Positions 35,404 through 44,963 of a stretch of DNA of 44,963 bases are shown here, in pieces. Position 1 is the stretch's first letter. Every line of letters starts with the position of its first letter. Source of the DNA: Catajapyx aquilonaris (taxonomy: Eukaryota); assembly GCA_000934665.2 (NCBI GenBank), contig KZ538183.1, positions 62,001-106,963 of the forward strand, given 5' to 3'. The notes beneath the pieces were generated by a model, which saw nothing but the letters and a program-made list of their open reading frames with translations, did not search any database and had not been told where the DNA came from. The position numbers were made by a program, and so were the translations under genes.

Positions 35404-36003
35404 TTAAAGAATGATGCTATCCCAAATATTGATTAGAAACCGTTCTAATAATAATGAATGGCTAAATTCCCAATGGGGTCCTAGCCTACATTTTTCAAAC
35501 CCATGTAAAAAATCATAATTATTTTTAAATGCATTTTGGTGCATTTTGTTTGAAGAAATAAATATTAGTTTTTGAGCTATGATCGATCTAAGATCATAAA
35601 AATGATACAGTATCGTATTGCCCTCCGACGTCACTGTTGTCAAAAAATCGGTGCAGAGGCTGGAATGCACCCGGGTTGCTTAGTTCCTTTGTTTGTTGTG
35701 TAACGGAATAAAATGACCACAAGTAAATAAGCCGAATTGAACGGCCGCGAGGCAATGGCCTGCTGTCACTGGTGTCAGCTTGGTTAGGCAGGAGGGGGAA
35801 TGCGCTTTTCAGGCCATTCCCCCGCTTTTCCAGCCGCGTGCGAGTGACTTTTAAACACCCGATAATTTATCAAGGAATGACATTTTAGTTACGAAAAGTG
35901 GTGGAATGGATGTTTATATCTATGGTTGAGCTATTCGTGTACAAATTACCCAAATCCAACCAGGCCCCTGACCAGCCCCCCGCAACTTCCTCTGTTTTCG
36001 AGA

Positions 36004-36199
36004 GCGCTTAGCAAGTGCCCTATCCCCGGATGTGGAGCTCTGTACTTAATCACATTCGGGCGGACGACTTCTGAACCGTACTGAACCTACCTAATTGTGA
36101 ATTACCATTCAGCCCCTGTTTGCAGATCCACCGCACCAGCCACCCGAATGCGATTTGATACAGGGCTCCACATCGGGGGATAGGGGACTTGCTAAGTGC
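36004..36199. repeat. Imperfect palindrome (MITE-like)
   Basis: Arms GCGCTTAGCAAGTGCCCTATCCCCGGATGTGGAGC vs GCTCCACATCGGGGGATAGGGGACTTGCTAAGTGC. Confidence 0.8.
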
Positions 36200-36266
36200 A
36201 CACGAAAAGAGAGGGAGTTGCAGGGGGCTGCCCCTGCCACTCGCCATACCAGTACATTGCTCCCCT

Positions 36267-36514
36267 TGTGAGCTTATCTCTGCTCCCCGACAGAGGGGGG
36301 TTGCCATGGGCGGCGCTAGTCTCGGCACCCAAGACGAGTGGCGCCTTACCTAGAGGGGATATTCTGAACCAGACATATGTGCGCCAGCACCCCATGCGTG
36401 ATGATGCAATATGGTTCAGAATTTCCCGCTAGGTAAGGCGCCACTCTTCTTGGGACCGAGACTAACGCCGCCCGTGGCAAGCCCCCTCGGTTGGGGAGCA
36501 GAGCTAAGCTCACA
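36267..36514. repeat. Imperfect palindrome (MITE-like)
   Basis: About 105-bp inverted arms, GC-rich. Confidence 0.82.
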
Positions 36515-37308
36515 CAAAATTAAGGGGAGTGTCAGCCGCCTGAGTCCAACAAAGGACTTGTGCATGTGATTTGTGTGGTGGATTCTGCGAGTTTCGCTTG
36601 TGAATATGCCGAAAACGGCATTCATATGATTGATAGATTTTATGCAAAAAATGCTCAAAGTATTTGTCTGTGCTGGACGGACATGGCGGCTGTTCGCCGT
36701 GTCCGTGATTTACGGACATTCGCTATGAGATTTTCTTTTGCAACATAACACCTACACCTGGTTGAAAGTGACAAATTAACAATCGGGATGGGTCATACGA
36801 GTCACCAGAGGTCCAGAAAAGGTTGTCCATAGGGTTTCGTCGACATAAGGTTGGGAATAGTGCTGAATAATCATGATAAACATTTCATACATAGAGTCGT
36901 ACATTCTACATGAACAAGACTGTACATGTATGTATGAAAGAAAAAAAGGTACAAATTTTACTTGCGTACAAAGTGTACCCAAGTCAACGTTTTTCTTTGT
37001 CGAAAATTCCGCAATTGTTTAGCACTTTACCCCACAGAATAAGGGGTGTTGTCGAGATATGAAAGTTGTTTTGCATTGCTAGCAATACCACATTTTATAT
37101 AAGAAGTTCTAAGACCCAATGTATTGCATGCAATACAGCCCTCTAACTCAACACTGGTGCATAATTTTGAAAAATGTGTAGGATAGTTTTTTGTTCCCAG
37201 CGCGAAATTATACCTAGACACAAAATCGGGAACATGTATGTTGAATAGAACTCTTGTGGGTCTGGGGAGGTTAATCAGTATGCAGTAGTGTGCATTATAG
37301 GCATATGG

Positions 37309-37671
37309 CGGGGAGGTGTGGTGGCCAAGATGGTAACGTCTCGGCTTGCTGAGTGAAAGGCCCCAGGTTCGATCCCCGCCTGGGGAAATTCCTTTCACCT
37401 GTGTCGGGAGGGTCTCGACCTGTACCTTGGAGGTGTCTGGCAACCTAACCTCCTGGGGGACTGCACATGGCCCAAAGGTTTCATGACATTGCACCTGCAC
37501 AAGTGTCCCCTCCCCAACAATCCCTATCCTTTCCCAATGTCCCTGTTTCCTTGCACCGGAGAAAGAAGCTGGAAAAATATAGATAACTTATGGTGGTATG
37601 CCACCCCCCTAAAACGGCTTACGGCTGTATCATGGGGTAATCTAAAATTAAAAAAATGAAATCAAAATAAA
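37309..37671 (+). mobile_element. SINE family B, copy 4
   Basis: Near-identical to 7457-7856; A-rich tail; 13-bp TSD TATAGGCATATGG. Confidence 0.92.
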
Positions 37672-37809
37672 TATAGGCATATGGAAGGCAGAACACTTTG
37701 TATTCGCTGCAAAAGTGGCGATTTGGCTATCACAGACCTCGATTATAACATACTTTTTTCTGCCGTCTCTTGAAGTCTGTTATATCCAGATTCAACTGTC
37801 CTAAAAGTA

Positions 37810-38220
37810 TTCTTGGCATCTATGCGACCATTTCTGATTTCTATGGAAAAGGGCATAATGTAGGCTGCAAACAGGCTTCCCTACCACTTGCCTCAGACCA
37901 CGGTCAAATACTCAGGTCCTGAAACTCCCTCCCGTTTTGCACGAGCTTAATTGCTCTCCAAACACACACCCCCCAGAATTTGGCAGTTCAGGTGGCTGGC
38001 AGACGACTGTGAATGTGACCTGGACTCAGATGGAGTGGAAAGGACAGTTTGGGTCGGTTCACAGGTCTCCACTCGAACCACCTTGGGGACTGTGCCCGAC
38101 AGCAGCGCCAAATTCAGGGGTTGGTGAGCAATTAAGCGGACAGGGGTATCCATAAGGCTGGGGTAGGAGTTGCAGGGTCTGCCCCAGTCAAAAAAATTTG
38201 ATCTACATAAACTCTCGTTC
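37810..38220 (-). mobile_element. Possible highly decayed LINE reverse-transcriptase fragment
   Basis: PLNLALLSGTVPK resembles the LFNxSLxxGxVP segment of LINE ORF2; only weak further remnants. Confidence 0.3.
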
Positions 38221-38279
38221 AATAAAAACCAACTCTGATGTTCAATATCCTCTGACCAGTGCCTTCTTAACTTTTCTAT

Positions 38280-38627
38280 CAGGGTTCGAAATTAGCAGTC
38301 CCCAGTCGCATTTTAGGACTTAAAATTATCAATTGGCAATTGTAGTAAGATATCTAGTCGACTCTTTTGGCGATTAGCTTTTTCCTCCCAAAATTACATT
38401 CCTGTCAATAATAAAATTATTGCTCAGATTCTGATCACATTTTCAATTTGTTTCCTGCCGAAGCTCTTGGTGGCTCTGTGGTGTTTATGGTGCCCAATTA
38501 ACATTAATATTGAAAATGTGACACGGTTTAAAACAAGAATGGCTACTAGACATTCAGTTTTGGCGATCACACCTTGGTTTCAGATGCCATGAGTCGACCT
38601 GCTTATGTGTGTCAGTTTTGAACACTG
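38280..38627. mobile_element. hAT-like MITE family H1
   Basis: CAGGGTTCGAAA…TTTTGAACACTG; degenerate 8-bp TSD TTTTCTAT/CTTTCTGT; body matches 10139-10420. Confidence 0.82.
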
Positions 38628-38853
38628 CTTTCTGTCAAAATCTTATCATACCTGAAAACTCTTAGAAGGCTAATGCCACGAACATTCTTTCAATCACATA
38701 TGCCCCTCTTGCTCTTGTACAAAAGCATAATAATAGAAACCCTAAAATTTCTTGGTACTACACCATCCTCAAAATAAACCCTCCACAAATTTGCCACAAA
38801 AAAGTCACATATCCTCACCCCAACACTTCACCATCTCTCAAGAAATGGAATAA

Positions 38854-39006
38854 AGGTGTGTTTACATGTGAGCAATTTGACGAGCGAAGCGGACCGAAAT
38901 CTTCTCCGAGGCTGAAATTAACAATCGATTTTTACCTCAAACAATATTGGTTACTTAGCCTCGGTGAAGATTTCGCTCGTCAAATCACTCACATGTAAAT
39001 GCACCT
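38854..39006. mobile_element. PIF/Harbinger-like MITE
   Basis: TAA|AGGTGTGTTTACATGTGAG…CTCACATGTAAATGCACCT|TAA. Confidence 0.8.
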
Positions 39007-39878
39007 TAAAGTCAGGGGCTTTAGCTAGATGAACCTTAGAAACAGCATCTTCAACTTCTTTCATACTAATAATATCAAATCAATTATCACTAAAGCATCA
39101 ACTCTAGCCCTATCATCAACTGTCAACGACCCTTCACCTCATCTCTATCCTGAAGCATGTCGCCCTTCTTTCATCCCCACTACATTAGCTCCAGGACCAG
39201 TTCTCAGCTTCCTAAAGGACTCCCAAAAATATGTCCCACCCTATTTGCAGGGCTTTTCCAGCCTGTCACTGTCAGCAAACTCTGTTATGGAATCAATACT
39301 ATAGCTTCCATGGTAGGATCAGTGATAATAGCAATATAATACCAGAGCTACCTGCCAGAGAGAGATGGTTCATCAGGTTGATTCAACATGGTGGCCAAAG
39401 TGCTGGCCTGGCATAAAAAATATGCCAAATTTGCATACTTTGAGTGAACGGTACAAGAGGTCAATAAGGACCACCATTAAGGTGGTTGCCAGGCAATTGC
39501 ACATTATTTTTATGGTTTTTCAGCATATTAGACGTGCACAATGGAAATGCATGAAGTACCCGTATTATGGAGGCAATTGGTTCCAGCAGCACAGCGTCGT
39601 CAAGTCAATCTGTGTAAAACGAAACAAAATTGTTATTAAGTGTTTGAGATTAGGTTCCAAATTTACCCCAGACAGCACTAATATTGTTGTTTTCATTCCT
39701 GAGTATTAGAAACATTTAACACACGAACGTTTAACTGGAGGTTCCAGGTTGAGGGTCATTGGGTTCTGAGGGTTCCTTTCCCTTCTTTGGCAAGAACTGC
39801 AGTACTTGTAGTGTTTTGAAACAAAGGGTGCAGTACTTCTGGGAGGGCAGACACCAACAATACAATGCTAAATATATG

Positions 39879-40781
39879 CAGGGTGAAGGGAAACTCGCGC
39901 CCAATCGCCAGGCAGATTGATAGTATTCGCAAAATATAGGGGTGTTCAATTAGTTTTGGGCGCCAGTGCGTGGCTATTGCATACGGCGCCTTCAAGTGTA
40001 GAGGGCCATGCAGTAAAAGATTAGGTAAAAACGACAAAGTGCATGGGTGTCGCAGCCGGCTTCTTACTCTGACTGGATTTGATCGTCTATTGCATATGGA
40101 TGGTGTGTTAGGACGTTAGGTGACCAAGGCCGGATTATTCGGCGGCCCTCAAGCTGGCTTTTGATTCTTTGAAACTGGCGGAGAGGATGAGATGTCACAA
40201 AATTTTGAAGCCGCAGTACGCATTAACTATGCAACGGCGCCCAAAACTAATTGCACATCCCCAAATTAGTTTTGCTAGTACTAATGTACCATCAGTCTAC
40301 CTGGCGATTGGGCACGAGTTTCCCTTCACCCTGTATATACAAGGTGAAGGGAAACTCGCGGAGAATCGCCACGTAAACTTGAAGTACTCGCAAAACTAAT
40401 ATAGGGGATGTGCAATTAGTTTTTGGCTCCACTGCATAGTTAATGTATACGCCGCCCTTAAAGTGTAGAGGGCCGGATGGTGGAATATGAGGCAAAAACG
40501 ACAAAGTGCATATGTGTCGTACCCGGATTCTTACTCTGACAGGATTTGATAGCCTTTTGCACATGGATGATGTGTTAGGGGACCAAGGCAAGGGACCGGA
40601 GGCCCTCGAACTGACTTTTGCTTCGCAGAAGCTGGCGGAACAAATGTCACGTCATGAAACTTTGACAGCGCCGTACGCATTAACTACGCAACGAGCCCAA
40701 AACTAATTGCACATCCCTATAGTAGTTCTACGCGTACTATAAGTCTACCTCGCGATTGACCGTGAGTTTCCCTTCACCCTG
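39879..40781. mobile_element. Two adjacent Tc1/mariner-like MITEs (39879-40333 and 40340-40781)
   Basis: Each has CAGGGTGAAGGGAAACTC-type TIRs; separated by TATATA; same family as 12306-13111. Confidence 0.9.
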
Positions 40782-41246
40782 TATACACACTACCACAATG
40801 AACCATGAAAAACAAAAGAAGTGCACCTATGCTGCACTGAGAGTGTTGCAGAAATGTTTATATTATTTAGTTACTTTCAAAATTTGCCAACTAAAATTGG
40901 TTTCAGACACACTTTTGAAACAGGTGTTAAAGTGAAACTGCATAAAATTAAGTGGCATAAAACTTGTACTTCCTGTATTGGCTATTTTGCATTGCTAACT
41001 TCCCACTGCCTGCCCTTATTTTGCCTGTTTTCCTCTGCAAATCCATCCTGAGGCATTTTGAGATCAGGCAAAACTTTTCCCCACCATCCCACAATTACCC
41101 TATACGGAATTCCGGACTGGCCAAGACAATATGTCTGCAGCCCCTCCTTCCCATTTATTAACTCAACAAAATACAACATAAACAGCAGCCATCAGTCATC
41201 CATCCACAGGATCCTACAATTCCCCTGTAGAGTTTCCCCCCATAAG

Positions 41247-41496
41247 CAGTGCTTCTGAAACTGTGGGTCAACGAACATGATGTTTGGGGTCACGCGGGAG
41301 GGTAACAAATTATTTTCACAAAATAATTGTATATCTCTGAAAAAATATGGCCATAAACGAGATGTATTAATTCATCAATGATTGTCATTGACTACCACTG
41401 AAGGGGGGGAGGGTAGTGTTGAATTGGAAATTTGGGGTAGCAAATTTTACGAGACAATTTTCTGGGGTCACTAACGAAAACGATTGGGAAGCCCTG
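41247..41496. mobile_element. hAT-Charlie-like MITE
   Basis: CAGTGCTTC…GAAGCCCTG, TSD CCCATAAG/CCCATAAC, GGGGTCAC repeats. Confidence 0.7.
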
Positions 41497-41593
41497 CCCA
41501 TAACATGATAACAGCATCCCAGGTGGGGGATGTTCCATCAGCTTGAATGAAAAAGTCACAACCTCATGGTGAAACCATCTCTCATATACTCAC

Positions 41594-41881
41594 TTCATCA
41601 TCTAAATCACCATTGGTTTCATCCTTCCCGTTGGTTGCAACATCTTCCTCATCCTTCCTGCATTCACTTCCTGAAGACAAACGTGCCAATTGGAGCGTAC
41701 CATTGGTGCATTTTGTTCTCGATGCAACTGCCTCTGGCACATACCAGGCCATGGCAAGGACCCGGTCATTAAAGCACCTCCCTTTGGTAATGGCTATTTC
41801 TGCCTCCTTACGGGACTTGAAGTTCAACAACACCGTTGGTGTACTCTCCTCCAAGATGTAATCAATCACCTCACCATATTG
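41594..41881 (-). CDS. RBM26: RBM26/27 exon: remainder of RRM2 and acidic linker
   Basis: tttatttggcAG acceptor and GAA|GTGAGT donor, phase 0/0. Encodes QYGEVIDY…LNFKSRKEAEIAITKGRCFNDRVLAMAWY. Confidence 0.92.
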
Positions 41882-42465
41882 CTGCCAAATAAATGGCATA
41901 AGTCAATTCAACCCATTAATTGTCATTATATTGCTCTGTTTGGGACAAGAGCAATTACATGAAATGTGCAGTAAGGTGAAGTGTTGCTTTTCTGTCTGCA
42001 TTATGCTATTGCAGTTGGGTGAACTCCTGCCAGGCAAGAAACATTCCACCTTACTGCATATTGCAGGTAGAGTAGCCTACTGTGTTAGTCCTAAACATGG
42101 TACTCCAGTGACGTAAGTTATGTCAGGTTTTTGTCCCCATAATTTACTGCTAGCAGCATGTTTCTCTAACCTTTTTGATCACAGCTAACTTAGGGAAGGG
42201 AAAATGAATGATCCCAGCCCACTTACCCTCATGAGCAAATTGTCATTCTGCAGGAAGTACTGTGAATTTTAACAGGACAAGAGATCCACCCATAATAACT
42301 ATGTTTCAAAATTAGCCCCATATAAAAAAGGGGGGCCTACCAAGACATGTCATTGTGCTGCCAGAGTACCACATGTAGTTAAAGACAGAGATGATAAATT
42401 GACCTGGAAAACGTTTAACCTACAAAGAACAAGTTATATAAAAGCAAAAGGAATGGCCTGCTCAC

Positions 42466-42580
42466 CGCAAAGTGCGCCAGCACCTCCTGTTTCTCGTCCA
42501 TCTCAAATCCAGACACCATCACCCTAGTTGGTCTGCGATCAACAGAGGTGTAAGATACACCACCGAAGCCACCCCGTAAC
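42466..42580 (-). CDS. RBM26: RBM26/RBM27-family RNA-binding protein, exon at start of C-terminal RRM; upstream exons outside the window
   Basis: ttcctttgacAG acceptor and GCG|GTGAGC donor. Encodes LRGGFGGVSYTSVDRRPTRVMVSGFEMDEKQEVLAHFA, matching the VD.RP…HFA-QYGE pattern of RBM26/27 RRM2. Not in the ORF track. Confidence 0.9.
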
Positions 42581-43103
42581 CTGTCAAAGGAATGCCATTA
42601 AGTGTAGGGCACTTTTAAATATCACTGTCACTTGCATGTGTTAAGTCACTCCATGCCCAAAGAATCACGTGAAACCTAGGATATTGCCTTTGACTCTTAG
42701 TTAGTTCCACTTTAATGGATGGCCCCAAAGGAAGCAAAAATTTACAGAGCTGTTATTCAATGAGCAGAAAAGATTCTGCCACATGCAATAGTTCCAAGTA
42801 CAATGGAACCTCATACTTCAAACGACCCAAACTTCGAGCATTCCCGAGCTCCAACACTAAATTTTGAGAGACATTAGATCTTAAGTTCGAACAATGCTAC
42901 TAATTTCTAAGTGCACGAGAGGTGAAGAATTGCGCTTGCTGCATAAACGTGTGTTGTACGTCCAAGTTGTCTCTCGCTCTCGCTGTGAAAGCATACCTTG
43001 CATTATTTACACCTCTATGTTTTCTGTGCCTTTATTGCTTTTATTTTTGGTGTGTTTGGTTATATACAGCATCATGGAAGGTGACTCTCCTTCCAAACAG
43101 TAA

Positions 43104-43374
43104 AGGTGTATTTACATGGGTCCCCATCGGGGATCCTCCCATGTGATACATTGGAAGTGAACCGTGTCAACAGGCTTTTCACAGAAAATCCTTCCCAAGG
43201 TTGACCAGCGAAAGAAACTGAGATCGGTCATTGAGTTGGATGGTGGCCCTTTTCATTGTTCTGAACTGGTTTGACAGGGAATGAACAGTGTAAATAGAAA
43301 TGTTTCATCCTTTGAAATCATGTCCAGTAATTCACACATGGAGATCCTCAATGGGGACCCATGTAAATGCACTT
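43104..43374. mobile_element. PIF/Harbinger-like MITE, apparently inside a decayed Tigger-like element (~42802-43670)
   Basis: TIR AGGTGTATTTACATGGGTCCCCAT; terminus similar to 38854-39006. Confidence 0.75.
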
Positions 43375-43921
43375 TACTTTTTCTCTCTTCCTCTCCACCC
43401 TCCACCAGCCACACAGGACATTACCACTCCTCACTGGTACGGTAAATGCACTTTTTCTTTTATGATACAAGTATTGACATATTATATTTATTGCTTTCAT
43501 GTTTACCATAAATTATGTGCATTTGCTGTTCAAGTTTATCATAATCAGTGTTTGGGAACTACGTAATTAATTCACTTTTCATTATTTCATATGAGAAAAA
43601 AGATTCTTACTTCGAACAATTTAAGAATTCGAAAGGCCTTCTAGAACGAATTATTAAGTTTGAAGTAACCCCTGAAAATTCTGTGGGAAAAAGTAAACAA
43701 TGGTGGCTCATTATGTGTCCTCTGTATCTGTCAAAATACAGACCTGAGGCAATATTTCCATGATTGTTCTGGTTGTTGAGTGACGGACACATAGTTTGAA
43801 AATTTGTATTGCATATGAAATAGAGCATTCCAATTCAAAAGCATGTGAAGTGAGCAGGTATATGTTTTGCATCTCCTCCAAGAGTGGCTTCTTGTATTTG
43901 CACGCTTGATTTTCTATGCTA

Positions 43922-44035
43922 GTACTATTTGCACGGAAATGGTTCGGACACTTGGGGGTAGGATGAGGGTTATGGCAGCCAGCATAACCCCTCAGCCAAC
44001 CCCCGAGGTCCTGACCATTTCTGTCCTGAGAGTAC
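43922..44035. mobile_element. Short palindromic MITE related to 23688-23918
   Basis: GCACGGAAATGGTTCGGACACTTGGGGGTAGG arm plus degenerate inverse. Confidence 0.72.
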
Positions 44036-44364
44036 CTTTCGGAAGCCCACAGGCCCTTGGCAATGATTGAAGAGATGCAAAAATAGTTTTACTATGGAAT
44101 TACACACTCCAGTTCTGCATTTTGAGTTCTTGTGAGGTCAAACATGTTTTGGGCATTGAGCACTTAGTAAATTTTCCATTGGTTCCTTCAGACCAAATTC
44201 ACTGGCTTTTTGTTGTTCCCAAGGAAGAACTTTTTAATTATACAACTTTTTTGTCAAAGTGGTTGTGAAGGTAAAAACATAAGAATGTATAGGAGAGACC
44301 TTTGTAAATGTTGTAAACCTTGATACTGTGCACCATTTTCTTTCTTTTTGTACCCAGAGCGGTA

Positions 44365-44420
44365 CCCCTAAAAGGGCCATGCCCTATCACGGGGTTGCAT
44401 ATATAAAAAATAATAATTAA
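44365..44420 (+). mobile_element. Isolated retroposon 3' module with A-rich tail
   Basis: CCCCTAAAAGGGCCATGCCCTATCACGGGG followed by A/TAA-rich sequence; no tRNA head upstream. Confidence 0.6.
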
Positions 44421-44963
44421 AAAACCTGCTTTTGGCTGTCACTACTACCTGCCGATTACGGCACACCACAAAAAGAAATTGCGTGTATACCAGATCATGT
44501 ACGTATTGTGAATGCTTATACATTATCAGATATTTTCACTAGTTTGGTTTGATGCAACAGGCTCTTACTGACCATCCTAAAAAACAATCTTTAGGGGTAC
44601 TCCATTAAGGGGGCCGGGTCATTAGGTTTCCCGCCACTTTCTAGGCGGCAGCGAGTGAAAATTGGGTGTGCTGATTCGTCTTCGTTCGACGAATCCTGGC
44701 GCACTGTTTGAGATACGGACACACGGTTTTTTGCATCGTCCGGAGAAAGAGCTGGCGCTTCTTCCAGTCATGGAACTGTTCTAATCGGCCACTAAGTAAT
44801 CGATCGGCAATGGGAAAGACATTTTGGACGTGACGCCAAAGGGGCATCGCAACGGAGCCGGCCATTTGAATTTGGCGTCTTCGAATGTGTAGCCCCCCTG
44901 ATTATCTCCGTGCCGACCGATTTTGGAGTCATTTGGGCAGTTTGCTTGTTTGTTTTTTTTTTT

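Overview
Eukaryotic, intron-containing genomic DNA, probably from an arthropod/insect (inferred from splice sites, TCAGT initiators and SINE types), with two assembly gaps. It holds three protein-coding genes. (1) A Wee1 kinase on the minus strand, with coding exons 15851-15964, 11342-12093, 10753-11016 and 4730-5079; its 3' exons lie beyond the left edge. (2) A complete SLC10A7 (Na+/bile-acid cotransporter family 7) on the plus strand, head-to-head with Wee1, with exons 16861-16960, 20138-20755 and 22963-23282 and a likely alternative last exon at 23610-23631. (3) The last three exons of an RBM26/27 RNA-binding protein on the minus strand (42466-42580, 41594-41881, 32860-32964). Introns and intergenic DNA are packed with non-autonomous TIR elements of many superfamily types (often nested, with readable TSDs), long palindromes, an RTE LINE fragment and four tRNA-headed SINE families. 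The most notable observation is a structured 3' module (CCCC-TAAR-inner hairpin-N5-GGGG, with co-varying inner stem) shared by seven retroposed copies from unrelated SINE families. Also notable are a 60-bp tandem duplication of an X-box+CRE+forkhead cassette in a Wee1 intron, a compact Wee1/SLC10A7 bidirectional promoter, and alternative SLC10A7 C-termini. No CRISPR array, rRNA, convincing tRNA gene or intact transposase was found. All calls are by eye; no searches were run.
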